Assembly (NCBI GenBank): GCA_964654145.1
Contig: CAZZHI010000003.1
Span: forward strand, 15,312-60,575
Length of the DNA stretch: 45,264 nucleotides
Origin: an uncultured Candidatus Saccharibacteria bacterium
Lineage (GTDB): Bacteria; Patescibacteriota; Andersenbacteria; UBA10190
Reading direction: 5' to 3'
The translations under genes were made by a program, and so were the position numbers. Shown one piece after another: positions 9,488 to 18,309 of this stretch. The stretch's first letter is position 1. The number at the start of each line of letters is the position of its first letter. The notes beneath the pieces were generated by a model. It worked only from the letters and a program-made list of their open reading frames with translations. It searched no databases and was not told the origin of the DNA.

Positions 9488-10455
9488 ATAAATATTTGGT
9501 CGTGCCATTCTTTGTACCATTCAACAAATTTCTTTGCGCCTTCTTCAATAGAAGTTGTTGGCTTGTATCCCAGGTCTGTTTGAGCGAGAGAAATGTCCGC
9601 GAGTGTAACGGCGAGTTCTCCTGGGAGCAGTGGAGTTATTTTTACAATTGCTTTTTTCCCTAGGGCTTGTTCGAATGCGGCTATCATACGAGGGAGTGGT
9701 ACTCCGTCAGCTTCTCCTAAATTATACACGTGATATTTGTCGGCAGTATCAAGGGATGCGATAACCCCCTGAACAATATCATCTATGTATGTAAAGTCTC
9801 GAGAGGTACTCTCTCCTCGTAAGAGGATTTCCTTTTCAGTATCTATTGCTCTCGTGAAGGCGAATGGCGCCATTTCGGGGCGTCCCCAAGGCCCGTACAC
9901 GGTAAAGAACCGAAGGCATGTGGTTGGGATGCCGTATAGGTGGTGCCAAGTATATGCGAGCGCTTCCGTGGCAACTTTTGTTGCCGCATACGGTGAAATT
10001 GGTCGCATAATATTCATGTCCTCCTTGAAGGGAAGGTCTGTAATACCCCCATATACTGACGAGCTTGATGCAATAACTATTTTTTGAACCCCATTTTTAC
10101 GGGCAGCCTCTAGCACAGAAGCTGTCCCTGTAACATTTGCATGAGTATACGTGAGAGGACTTTCTATGCTTCTTGGAATTGCTGCCCATGCAGCAAGGTG
10201 AATAATGGATTCAACAGAATGTTCCTGTATCGTTTGTTCTAGGAGCTCTTGGTTTGTGATATCTCCTCGCACGAGTACGGGTTGCCCGGGGCTATCTGTA
10301 AACATATGAGTAACTCGAGCTTCTTTGAGGCGAGGGTCGTATCGATCATTAAAATCGTCGATAATAACGACACTGTCGCCACGGGAAAGAAGGGTTTTTG
10401 AAACATGCGAACCGATAAACCCAGCACCGCCCGTAACGAGAATATTCATATTCAA
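9484..10455 (-). CDS. NAD-dependent epimerase, UDP-glucuronate 4-epimerase-like (extended SDR)
   Basis: 323 aa. Rossmann motif TGGAGFIGSH, then DDFNDRYDPRLKEARV and catalytic YAATK. The block GIPTTCLRFFTVYGPWGRPEMAPFAF is one I recognise from Cap1J/GlaKP-type UDP-GlcA 4-epimerases. Confidence 0.8.
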   Translation of the reverse strand: MNMNILVTGGAGFIGSHVSKTLLSRGDSVVIIDDFNDRYDPRLKEARVTHMFTDSPGQPVLVRGDITNQELLEQTIQEHSVESIIHLAAWAAIPRSIESPLTYTHANVTGTASVLEAARKNGVQKIVIASSSSVYGGITDLPFKEDMNIMRPISPYAATKVATEALAYTWHHLYGIPTTCLRFFTVYGPWGRPEMAPFAFTRAIDTEKEILLRGESTSRDFTYIDDIVQGVIASLDTADKYHVYNLGEADGVPLPRMIAAFEQALGKKAIVKITPLLPGELAVTLADISLAQTDLGYKPTTSIEEGAKKFVEWYKEWHDQIFI

Positions 10456-10458
10456 ATA

Positions 10459-11496
10459 CTAAAACAAATATTTTATGACTCCCAGAGCACCTTGCTTCCA
10501 CGGGACTCGATGGCTTACTCCGCTCGCGTTTTGGAATGATGCGAGGTTTTTTATATACCACTCATAATTCCGTACGAGTGCTTGTTTATTTGAATGTTTT
10601 GGTGAATAGCCAATATTTTTTTCTGCTTTTTCTATAGAAACAAACGAATCCACAGCCGCGGTTTCATATACCCATTTATAGAGCGGCGATATTTGTAATG
10701 CTTCTAGCAGCCTCAAGGTCCATATCATCGGCGCTGCCGGAAACCCAATAATTCTTTTCTTATGCCCCGCAGTATCCAGAACTATTTGATAATCTTCTTT
10801 CATGGTGGTGTATTCTTTTGCTCCAATATTAAAGGTGTCACTTACTTTGGCCTCTTCTTTTGTTAGGCATAGGAATATTGCTTCGCACAGGTCTTCTACA
10901 TCGAGTAATTGATATCTATTATTTCCCATGCCGATCATTGGGAAATTATGGCCTGTGTAGGCCCAATCATAGAGAAGCGCAAATACTCCTAATCGCTCAG
11001 GGCCAATAAATGATTTTGGTCGAAGAATTGAAACGCATTTCCCCTTTTCTCTCCATTCTTCACATACTTTTTCTGCAAGAATTTTCGCCTCTCCGTATGC
11101 GCCTACTCCAACAAGTGTATCGTTTTCATAAATAGGGTGATGATCTGGTATGCCGTAGACTGCAGTAGATGATATGTGAACGACTCGTTTTACCCCATGT
11201 TCAAACGCAGAAGATAGTATATTTCTTGTCCCGTCTACGTCTGTTGTGTAAATATCTTCTTTTGAGTATAGGGGGAGTGCTGCAGCGCAATGAACGACAA
11301 AGTCTACTCCTTCCATCGCCTTGTCTACATCAGCCTTGTCTCTGATATCTTTCGTTATAACGGTAATTTTGTCCTTTTCTGGGTAGTCAAATGGAGCAAA
11401 GTCATATGAGATAACTTCATATCCTTTTTCCAGTAAGTATCGTACTAGGTTAATTCCTAAAAACCCGGCACCGCCTGTAATGAGAACTTTATTCAT
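10459..11496 (-). CDS. NAD-dependent epimerase/dehydratase family protein (extended SDR) with a ~70-aa C-terminal extension
   Basis: The track ORF runs to 11514. ATG 11496 gives MNKVLITGGAGFLG, with the Rossmann loop at the N-terminus, and sits 2 nt after the upstream stop. The catalytic YGEAKILAE motif (YxxxK) is present. Substrate is not inferable. Confidence 0.75.
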   Translation of the reverse strand: MNKVLITGGAGFLGINLVRYLLEKGYEVISYDFAPFDYPEKDKITVITKDIRDKADVDKAMEGVDFVVHCAAALPLYSKEDIYTTDVDGTRNILSSAFEHGVKRVVHISSTAVYGIPDHHPIYENDTLVGVGAYGEAKILAEKVCEEWREKGKCVSILRPKSFIGPERLGVFALLYDWAYTGHNFPMIGMGNNRYQLLDVEDLCEAIFLCLTKEEAKVSDTFNIGAKEYTTMKEDYQIVLDTAGHKKRIIGFPAAPMIWTLRLLEALQISPLYKWVYETAAVDSFVSIEKAEKNIGYSPKHSNKQALVRNYEWYIKNLASFQNASGVSHRVPWKQGALGVIKYLF

Positions 11497-11498
11497 AG

Positions 11499-12017
11499 TT
11501 ATGGTTGTTGGCATTGAAGCTCCTCACCTCCGCAAACGCGGTAGAGGCGCTTTCCCTGCTCTAATAATACAAGATAATTAAACTTTCTTTTTTCATCTTC
11601 ATCAAAGAATACACCAGTCGCCTCATTGCCTTCTAGGGACGCTTGGAGATAAAAACCAGTTGCGCGATTGTTGGAAATACTCGTAACGCAGTACGTATAC
11701 GTGAACCCTCGAGACTCTCGAACGTCGTGGGGAATTGCATCTATAAAATGTTCTTGTAAGAGAGGGGAAGAGTCGCTAAAGAACCAGCTTTCCTGAGTAT
11801 TTGTTGTACAATCAGGCGCTTTTGTTGGAGGCAATACGTATGATTCGTGGGCATTATAGTATTGTTCGAGTGCTCGTTTGATGTTCGTAATATCCTGTTT
11901 TCGTAAATCGTCTCGAACTGCCTGTCTCGCGTAGCTAACGCTATAAATAGCGATAATTAAAAAGGGTATTAAGCCAATTGCTATAATAAGCAATTCACGC
12001 TTTGCGGGGGGTATCAT
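11499..12017 (-). CDS. Pilin-like / GspG-like pseudopilin-fold protein with a non-canonical N-terminus (membrane-anchored)
   Basis: 172 aa. RELLIIAIGLIPFLIIAIYSVSYARQAVRDDLRKQDITNIKRALEQYYNAHESY resembles the conserved hydrophobic helix plus the ARDA..R..DL..I..ALE.YY block of type IV pilin/T2SS pseudopilins. The G|F(T)L cleavage motif before the Glu is missing. The protein has four Cys and a Thr/Ser-rich patch (CTTNTQES..SDSSP). It is the first gene of the 12017 to 6695 operon. Confidence 0.5.
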   Translation of the reverse strand: MIPPAKRELLIIAIGLIPFLIIAIYSVSYARQAVRDDLRKQDITNIKRALEQYYNAHESYVLPPTKAPDCTTNTQESWFFSDSSPLLQEHFIDAIPHDVRESRGFTYTYCVTSISNNRATGFYLQASLEGNEATGVFFDEDEKRKFNYLVLLEQGKRLYRVCGGEELQCQQP

Positions 12018-12086
12018 ACAAGGGGTAGTATAAACATCTTTTTGTCTTGGGGCAAAGCGTGTGTTACAAGATAATAGACGCCTTCT
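12018..12086. promoter_or_regulatory. Divergent sigma70-like promoter pair
   Basis: Minus strand: TTGCCC (12055-12050), N17, TATACT (12032-12027), then 9 nt to ATG 12017. Plus strand: TTGGGG (12047-12052), N17, GATAAT (12070-12075), then 11 nt to ATG 12087. The two -35 boxes overlap. Confidence 0.4.
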
Positions 12087-14456
12087 ATGGGTATTATTTA
12101 TCGATTAACTAGCAATATTGGCAAGTACCCATTCTTACTGCTCTTTGGGATATTTGTTGTATGGGCAGGCGTCTCTCTTTTGGTTCCGGTTGAGTATAAG
12201 CGGGATATATTGGCGCCTCAGGGCGAAGGTGATCGTGCTTACTTTGGGGGGAATACTGTTGTGTCACAAGAATTTATTCCACATTCCGGTATTTCTGAAC
12301 TTAATATCCCTCTTGGGAGCACTATAAATCCCAATGGTCCATTAATTTTGCATCTTCGAGAAACCCATGATTCTGAAGATATTCTTACGGTTCCACCTTT
12401 CTCTTTTTCTGAAGAGGTTGCTAGCTTCCATTTCGCTCCTATTTGGCTCGCCCCTGAAAAGCTTGTTTGGATTATAGAAGCGCCGCATGCTCCGGCAAAA
12501 TCTTTCTGGACGTATCGCGAGCAAGACCCGAACGCTTTTACTGAAGGAAGGGCGTATCAGAATAAGCGAATATTAAGAGGGAATATGGGTTTTACAGAAG
12601 TGTGGCGGTATCCTCGCGCTGCCGAATTTCTTACTCGAATTTCTGTTTCTTCCTCAGTTTTTGCCCCATGGGAATATGCAAGTGTGATAGCGGGGGTTAT
12701 TGGTTTTGCTCTGTATATGATAGTAAAGCGCTTTTCCGTACAAGAACGATTACTGGTATGGATTTTTATTATGGTTGGAGCGGGGCTTCATGTTTGGCTA
12801 GGGCTTACTACTCCGGTCATCATTGATGAGGGGGCATATATCCAAGATGTTTTACAGTCCTCTCTGGACTTGTTGCCATTTCGAGACTTTTTAACAAAGG
12901 GCCCACTCTATTTATTTATTTTATGGCTATGGAGTTTCATTGCTCCTAATACTGTTATTGCATGGAGGTTATTTTCCGCGATCTTTTGGATAGCGGGAGG
13001 TTGGTTTTTCTGGAAGTTGCTTATTGAATTGAATTTGCGGAAGCGATCACGGCTTCTTGCTGTTTTTGCGTTCAGTCTTATTCCTGCTGTCGTAGCCCTT
13101 ACCACGCCATTGCTACTTCAAACTGCGAGCGTGGCTATTTCTATGCTCGGGTTACTTTTTGCGCTACGGGCAGCAAAACGAGCTAGCTTACAATTGGCAG
13201 CGTTGGCAGCTATTGTATTTGCCTTTGCGTTCTTTGTGCGTGTAACAGTTGCTATTCCTGCGCTTGTTGCCTTTTGCTTTTACTTTTTGTTTGCCGATAG
13301 GGGGATAAAAATAAAGCTTGCCGCAGTATACGTCGGGGTTGGACTAGTGTTGTTCGGACTGATATTTGCAGGAGCGCTTACGACGACCGGATTGCCAAAG
13401 GCAGCCATATTTACAAACATGGAGGCCTTTCTTATTTCTCAAAATAGGCAAGAAGTGATTCGCGCGGATGCGCCTGATGATCCAATAATTAGAATGATCA
13501 TAATTGAGGCTAGGCTCTTGTGGGGGGCCGGGGTATTGCTACTTGCCCCAATTCTTGTGTTTCCTGCAATGTTTATCTATAAAAGTAGGCTCGTGCAGGC
13601 AATGGTAATTATAGTGGGAATATTGTTAACGGCCTCTACGATAGCGTTTCACCTGCATGACACCAACTTTCTTTTACCTAAGACGCTTTACTCTACTATA
13701 TTCCTTACTGTTTCGTTATTTTTCGTAGTTCCTTTTATTACCGCGGTTGCGGCCTTGTTGTACGGAGAGAAGGGGGCCATAAAAAAATATTGGAATCAGT
13801 GGCAAACGCCCCTTTTAGTTTTTGTTTGGCTTGGCATGACAGTGCTCGCGTATTCTCAGTGGGGAAGATTCCGCCAAAGTTATATTACCGAGTTTATTCC
13901 GCAGCTTGCCATTATATTCGGTGTCGGGTTTGATTTTGTTCTTGGGTTATGGAAAAAGATTGAGCCCAAATGGCTTTCCCGTTCATTTGTAGGACTATTA
14001 GTTATCATGGGTAGTATGTCCGTTTATCAGGGGTATGCAATTGCTCAGCTATATCCTCATACGGGAACAATTAGCCAGGCGAGTCTTGTGAAGATTGTTG
14101 GACTTATTTCTCGCAATGTTCCAAGGCGAGAAATGATTTTTACGGCTCAGCCAGTTGCTACTGCTTTCTCGAATAGACCGATTATCTTTGGGTATGCGCA
14201 CCCTGGGTGGTACAGAGAGGCTCGTTTTGGGACAATTTCAGAGAGTCTTCGAGATTTGCTGTTTAAAAAACCAGAAGCTATAACGGAATATCTTCGCAAT
14301 GAAGCAAATTTTGTTTTGACGGAGAGTCGGACAAATGAAATCTATTTTGATGGATATCCGGAACGAGTAGAAATTTTACAGAAAAACTTTACGGTAATAG
14401 AGTCTCTTCAAAACGAAACAGTTGGTGATACATATACGCTGTATAAGCGTAATTAA
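12087..14456 (+). CDS. GT-C-type polytopic glycosyltransferase (group 2) with an N-terminal anchor plus a beta-rich outside module
   Basis: 789 aa. It is a paralogue of the 16721-18265 protein. VIIDEGAYIQDVLQSSLDLLPFRDFLTKGPLYLFILW matches NIIEDESAYMQDAAQITPSFLPFRDFGGTKGPLWLFIFHAW. FTAQPVATAFSNRPIIFGYAHPGWY matches FTAQPSYVYLAGLPLYGGYTHPGWY. It carries about 195 extra N-terminal residues (one TM plus a non-hydrophobic domain). Confidence 0.75.
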   Translation: MGIIYRLTSNIGKYPFLLLFGIFVVWAGVSLLVPVEYKRDILAPQGEGDRAYFGGNTVVSQEFIPHSGISELNIPLGSTINPNGPLILHLRETHDSEDILTVPPFSFSEEVASFHFAPIWLAPEKLVWIIEAPHAPAKSFWTYREQDPNAFTEGRAYQNKRILRGNMGFTEVWRYPRAAEFLTRISVSSSVFAPWEYASVIAGVIGFALYMIVKRFSVQERLLVWIFIMVGAGLHVWLGLTTPVIIDEGAYIQDVLQSSLDLLPFRDFLTKGPLYLFILWLWSFIAPNTVIAWRLFSAIFWIAGGWFFWKLLIELNLRKRSRLLAVFAFSLIPAVVALTTPLLLQTASVAISMLGLLFALRAAKRASLQLAALAAIVFAFAFFVRVTVAIPALVAFCFYFLFADRGIKIKLAAVYVGVGLVLFGLIFAGALTTTGLPKAAIFTNMEAFLISQNRQEVIRADAPDDPIIRMIIIEARLLWGAGVLLLAPILVFPAMFIYKSRLVQAMVIIVGILLTASTIAFHLHDTNFLLPKTLYSTIFLTVSLFFVVPFITAVAALLYGEKGAIKKYWNQWQTPLLVFVWLGMTVLAYSQWGRFRQSYITEFIPQLAIIFGVGFDFVLGLWKKIEPKWLSRSFVGLLVIMGSMSVYQGYAIAQLYPHTGTISQASLVKIVGLISRNVPRREMIFTAQPVATAFSNRPIIFGYAHPGWYREARFGTISESLRDLLFKKPEAITEYLRNEANFVLTESRTNEIYFDGYPERVEILQKNFTVIESLQNETVGDTYTLYKRN

Positions 14457-15922
14457 AGTTCATATATCCATACGTACGGCAGGCCGTTGATTGTGATAGT
14501 GCGGACTAGCTTCTTTGTTTTATCGTTTATAAACTCAGAAACAATATCGCTTTCAGGGGTTCCATCGCCACGTTCGAACATGGATCGATAAAGTACAGCG
14601 TAGTCTCCTTGTGCGTCGTTGATATGGGTTACGGTTTCAACTTCTCCTTTATAAAAATAGCTAAAGACTCGAGGGTAATAAGAAAGGACTTTTGATCCCG
14701 GGTGATTGTTTTCTATCCAAAGAGCCGCTTGCTCTAAGCCTTCTCCCCAACCAAGCTTGTGAGTTTCTTCTATTGGATAGAGTCTATTAAAATGCGCTAG
14801 ATAGTAGGGGTGTATTCGTATTGCGTCTACTGCTAAAAAAAGAATAGGAATAACAATAATAAGGCTCGCCCAAGGGTTTTGATTTGATCGTTTTTTAAGC
14901 GTTTGCACAATGCCTCGTAGCCCAAGAGGGGCTACTGTTGCGACTGTGAGATGGGTTAAGAGAGCGTATCGATCACTTTTATCTGATCCTGTATTTAGTG
15001 CAACTATAAAGAATAATCCTGTGCCAAGTATGTAGAGCGCAGCAATAGCGTGCTTTGATTTATTTTTCTTTGCGAGCTGCCAAATTGCAAACGGAGAAAG
15101 AAGTGCAACGGGCAAGGACAGTCGAAAGAATGTTTCTCGGGCGTAATACCATGAGGCAGATGTGGTTTCTTCTGATCGAGTGCCTTCTCCGTGGAGCTCT
15201 GCGCGAGAAAAGAGGTAATCAAATACTTTATCGGCATTGCTCCATAGTGCTGGCCATGCAGCAAATGTTGTGATGAGAAATATTGATATCCAAAGACCAA
15301 CCATTCGTGCGATGCGTGCCCAATCATCTTTTTTGTGCCAACGCGCAATAATGATAATAAGTACTGCTGTTGGAATAAGAATGAGGCCAAAAATTTTTGT
15401 AAGAAGTGCGGCTCCTGCCAATATCGCACTCATGATAACGTATCGTTGGTGTAATGTTTTTGGGATTACGGCACAAAGCAGACTTGTAATTGATGCAAGG
15501 TAAAATAAGGAGAGTAATGCATCGGTATGAACGATTCTGCTGTGGGCAATCAGGAATGGGTCGAGTGCAAGAAAAAACCCAGTTATAAGCCCCCATTTTT
15601 TACCGATAAGAATTCTTAGGAAGTAGGTGATAATAAGCACGAGAACGCCAGAGGTGGTCGCAATTGCAATTTGCCCTGCAGTAAGAGATGCCCAAGGGGC
15701 AGATAGCCCAACGAGCCAGGCCGTTGTGACTCCTGGTTGGCCAGCAACTAATGTTTTTTCGAAGTTTCCGACAGAAAACCCTTGTATAAAAGTTTGTCCG
15801 CGAGAAAGCCAAAGTGGCTCATCTACCGTAAGGACTGTGCCTAAATCTATGAGGCGAGGAAGAAAAACCGCGACTAAAAATCCCAACGGTAGAACGTATT
15901 TTTGTAGGGTATTTATATTCAT
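14453..15922 (-). CDS. GT39/PMT_2-like GT-C glycosyltransferase (group 1)
   Basis: 489 aa. Group-1 blocks: LTVDEPLWLSRGQTF...GQPGVTTAW, LDPFLIAHSRIVHTDALL, DKSDRYALL and KLGWGEGLEQAALWIENNHPGSKV. It lies 13 bp downstream of the methyltransferase gene 15936-16706. Confidence 0.8.
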   Translation of the reverse strand: MNINTLQKYVLPLGFLVAVFLPRLIDLGTVLTVDEPLWLSRGQTFIQGFSVGNFEKTLVAGQPGVTTAWLVGLSAPWASLTAGQIAIATTSGVLVLIITYFLRILIGKKWGLITGFFLALDPFLIAHSRIVHTDALLSLFYLASITSLLCAVIPKTLHQRYVIMSAILAGAALLTKIFGLILIPTAVLIIIIARWHKKDDWARIARMVGLWISIFLITTFAAWPALWSNADKVFDYLFSRAELHGEGTRSEETTSASWYYARETFFRLSLPVALLSPFAIWQLAKKNKSKHAIAALYILGTGLFFIVALNTGSDKSDRYALLTHLTVATVAPLGLRGIVQTLKKRSNQNPWASLIIVIPILFLAVDAIRIHPYYLAHFNRLYPIEETHKLGWGEGLEQAALWIENNHPGSKVLSYYPRVFSYFYKGEVETVTHINDAQGDYAVLYRSMFERGDGTPESDIVSEFINDKTKKLVRTITINGLPYVWIYEL

Positions 15923-15935
15923 ATAAAGCGAAGGT

Positions 15936-16706
15936 TTATTTTCGGGCTACTGCAATAAAGTGGAGGGCAAAGATTTTCTTTTTATCTGTGTGGTTGTCTA
16001 GCCAAATACTTATTTTTCCGGTTAGGCGGCTTAATTCAAATATAATCGGCCAAATAATTGGTATATGGTATGTCATTCCAACTACTGTGGTGGCGATGAT
16101 TCCTTGGAGAAAAGAGAAAAGACTTCCAGAAGGCTGTAAGTATTCGATCGTAAAGCCTACGCGTTCAAGGAGTGTCCTGAGTCCGTATTTTGTGTATCTG
16201 TAAAAATCGTTCGGTTCATTATGCAGATACATAAGATGAGGAATGGAAATCACCAATCTTCCTCCGGGTTTTAGGATTCGATAGATCTCTCGTAATGCTT
16301 TTTCTGGATCAGGAACATGTTCTAGTACTTCTGCGGAAAGTACTGTATCGAAAGATTCATTTTCAAGCGGCATTTCTTGGATATCTGACTGATAATCAAG
16401 CTCGGGGTGAGTTTTGTTAAAGTCCATGCTTTTGTATTCCGTGCATAATGGCCGTACTAAGTGCCTATACGAAAGCTTTCCGGCGCCAGCGTCAAGTAGG
16501 CGGCCATGAATGTTCTTGGGCGTTAATACCTTTTTAAAGTCTACTAATAGGGAGTATCCCAATGCGCTGCGTTCCCAAAATGCATCTGATCCGGACAGTT
16601 CGTCTGATGATTTGCTCCAATTTTCCTTAATCTTGTCATACATGGGGTGAAGCATATCACGCGATTTTTGTAAAAAAAAGCCCGGGCGGGAGCTGTATTT
16701 ATACAA
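15936..16706 (-). CDS. Class I SAM-dependent methyltransferase with a hydrophobic C-terminal tail
   Basis: 256 aa. Motif I is LLDAGAGKLSY, followed by VLEHVPDPEKALREIYRILKPGGRLVISIP. The tail is LFSFLQGIIATTVVGMTYHIPIIWPIIF. The track start is TTG 16706. TAGTAT sits 9 nt upstream of it on the minus strand. An in-frame ATG at 16655 is an alternative start. Confidence 0.8.
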   Translation of the reverse strand: MYKYSSRPGFFLQKSRDMLHPMYDKIKENWSKSSDELSGSDAFWERSALGYSLLVDFKKVLTPKNIHGRLLDAGAGKLSYRHLVRPLCTEYKSMDFNKTHPELDYQSDIQEMPLENESFDTVLSAEVLEHVPDPEKALREIYRILKPGGRLVISIPHLMYLHNEPNDFYRYTKYGLRTLLERVGFTIEYLQPSGSLFSFLQGIIATTVVGMTYHIPIIWPIIFELSRLTGKISIWLDNHTDKKKIFALHFIAVARK

Positions 16707-16729
16707 AGCCGTTTGATACTATGTTGTGT
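16707..16729. promoter_or_regulatory. Overlapping divergent -10 boxes
   Basis: Plus strand: GATACT (16715-16720), immediately before ATG 16721 and 9 nt before ATG 16730. Minus strand: TAGTAT (16721-16716), 9 nt before TTG 16706. With the track starts, only 14 bp separate the two genes. Confidence 0.3.
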
Positions 16730-18265
16730 ATGAATCGCATTATGGATTTCTTCCGGAGGCCAGAAACTATTTTTTTATGCGCTGTAGCCGGTATCGCAAT
16801 AGTGCTTCACCTGTTTCTGTTGCCACAACTTAATATCATTGAAGATGAAAGTGCGTATATGCAGGATGCGGCGCAAATAACGCCAAGTTTTTTACCATTT
16901 CGGGATTTTGGAGGAACAAAAGGACCGCTTTGGCTCTTTATATTTCATGCTTGGCAAAAAGTGTTTGGATATTCATTGCTTGCCACACGTCTTTTTTCTT
17001 CGCTTGCGCACGTTGGGTCGATATTTTTATTTTGGCATCTTGTGCGATCGTTTCCTATTTCTCGAGGGGCTGTATATATATCCACGGCATTATGGGGGTT
17101 ATCAGCTGTAGTAATAAGTCTCACAACCAATATTACGCATATTCCTCTTGAGCTCGTTTGTATTTTTGCTGGATTTTTATTATTGCGAAGCCCTCGTTCA
17201 CATGCACCCACACTTGCCGCACTTTTTTTATTTGCCGCGCTTTTAATGCGGGCGAGCGCAATTGCGTTTGTGCCAGCTGCCCTTGTGCTTATTTTTATAC
17301 GAAACGATAGATGGAAGGCGCTTCTTCGCATATCTATAGCATTTTTTGCTGTTTTATTGATAACAATCGCAATTGTATACCCGCTCTACGGATGGCCAAA
17401 AACTGCCTTCTTCTTTAATGCAGACGCTACCTTAATTGCAAATAAGCAACGCGCAGCATATGCAACGGTAGAACCTGTTTCACCGTTCCAGATGTTGTAT
17501 AACGCCGCGCTTCCTCTACGTCTTGATGGGAAAAGTATATTATTTCCCGCACTATTTTTCCCTTTGGTTATTATTTTTCAAATTGTATGGAAAAAGGATT
17601 GGTCGAAACAGCTCGTACTTTTGCTCTTAGTTTGGGTCGGGAGCTTTATTCTTTTCTACAAGGGGTGGGGGAGGAGTCCAACACCGTTTTACCCGCTAGA
17701 ATCTATCCCTGCGCTTTCTGTGGCGGCTGCTCTTACTTTGGATGCCTTGTGGTCTTGGGGAAAGAAAGTGAAATTAGGAAATGCATGTATTATTGCGTTT
17801 TTGTTACTTTTTTTAGCTGATAGCCTAGCATCATATCAAGATATTCCGGTGAAGCAGTATCGAGGGACTGTAGAGGTACAGGCGGCTCAGGGCGTAGCGG
17901 ATATTTTAAAGCAACAAGTGCGACCCGGGGAACACGTATTTACTGCGCAGCCTTCGTATGTGTATTTGGCCGGGTTGCCGTTGTATGGCGGATATACGCA
18001 CCCAGGCTGGTACTTATCTGAGCGAGCGGGGTATTTGCCTACCGAAATACGGCGTGTATTTTTACCCGATTTTGAAACATTAGCAGGTAGTGTGGAAAAA
18101 GATATTACCTGGATCGTCGCTGATTGGCGTACAAATGACGTGTATTTTAATGAAGGGGCTCCTGTTACCGCTGACTTGCGAGCTGTACTTTTAAATAGTT
18201 TTGAAAAGTTTGCTACGGTAGAAAACCCGGCATCTCGAGATATCGTAATTTACAAACGTAAATAA
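16721..18265 (+). CDS. GT-C-type polytopic glycosyltransferase (group 2, short form)
   Basis: 514 aa and a paralogue of 12087-14456 (motifs listed there). The start could instead be ATG 16730 (MNRIMDFF), which fits the -10-N9-ATG geometry seen elsewhere in the window. Confidence 0.75.
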   Translation: MLCMNRIMDFFRRPETIFLCAVAGIAIVLHLFLLPQLNIIEDESAYMQDAAQITPSFLPFRDFGGTKGPLWLFIFHAWQKVFGYSLLATRLFSSLAHVGSIFLFWHLVRSFPISRGAVYISTALWGLSAVVISLTTNITHIPLELVCIFAGFLLLRSPRSHAPTLAALFLFAALLMRASAIAFVPAALVLIFIRNDRWKALLRISIAFFAVLLITIAIVYPLYGWPKTAFFFNADATLIANKQRAAYATVEPVSPFQMLYNAALPLRLDGKSILFPALFFPLVIIFQIVWKKDWSKQLVLLLLVWVGSFILFYKGWGRSPTPFYPLESIPALSVAAALTLDALWSWGKKVKLGNACIIAFLLLFLADSLASYQDIPVKQYRGTVEVQAAQGVADILKQQVRPGEHVFTAQPSYVYLAGLPLYGGYTHPGWYLSERAGYLPTEIRRVFLPDFETLAGSVEKDITWIVADWRTNDVYFNEGAPVTADLRAVLLNSFEKFATVENPASRDIVIYKRK

Positions 18266-18267
18266 AA

Positions 18268-18298
18268 ATCGACTGCTTCTATAGTGGAAGCAGTCGAT
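18268..18298 (-). terminator. Intrinsic terminator hairpin between convergent genes
   Basis: Perfect 12-bp stem, ATCGACTGCTTC (18268-18279) with GAAGCAGTCGAT (18287-18298), and a 7-nt loop. On the minus strand TTTTATTT follows it, so it fits termination of 18310-18966. On the plus strand no T-run follows. Confidence 0.7.
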
Positions 18299-18309
18299 GG
18301 AAGAGGGTA

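Noticed and set aside
11499-12017. Calling 11499-12017 a bona fide type IV pilin or T2SS pseudopilin subunit.
   Set aside because: The prepilin peptidase site (Gly at -1, Phe/Met at +1, with Glu at +5 relative to a cleavable leader) is absent. No pilus assembly genes (PilB/C/D/M-Q) are nearby. I keep it as pilin-like only.
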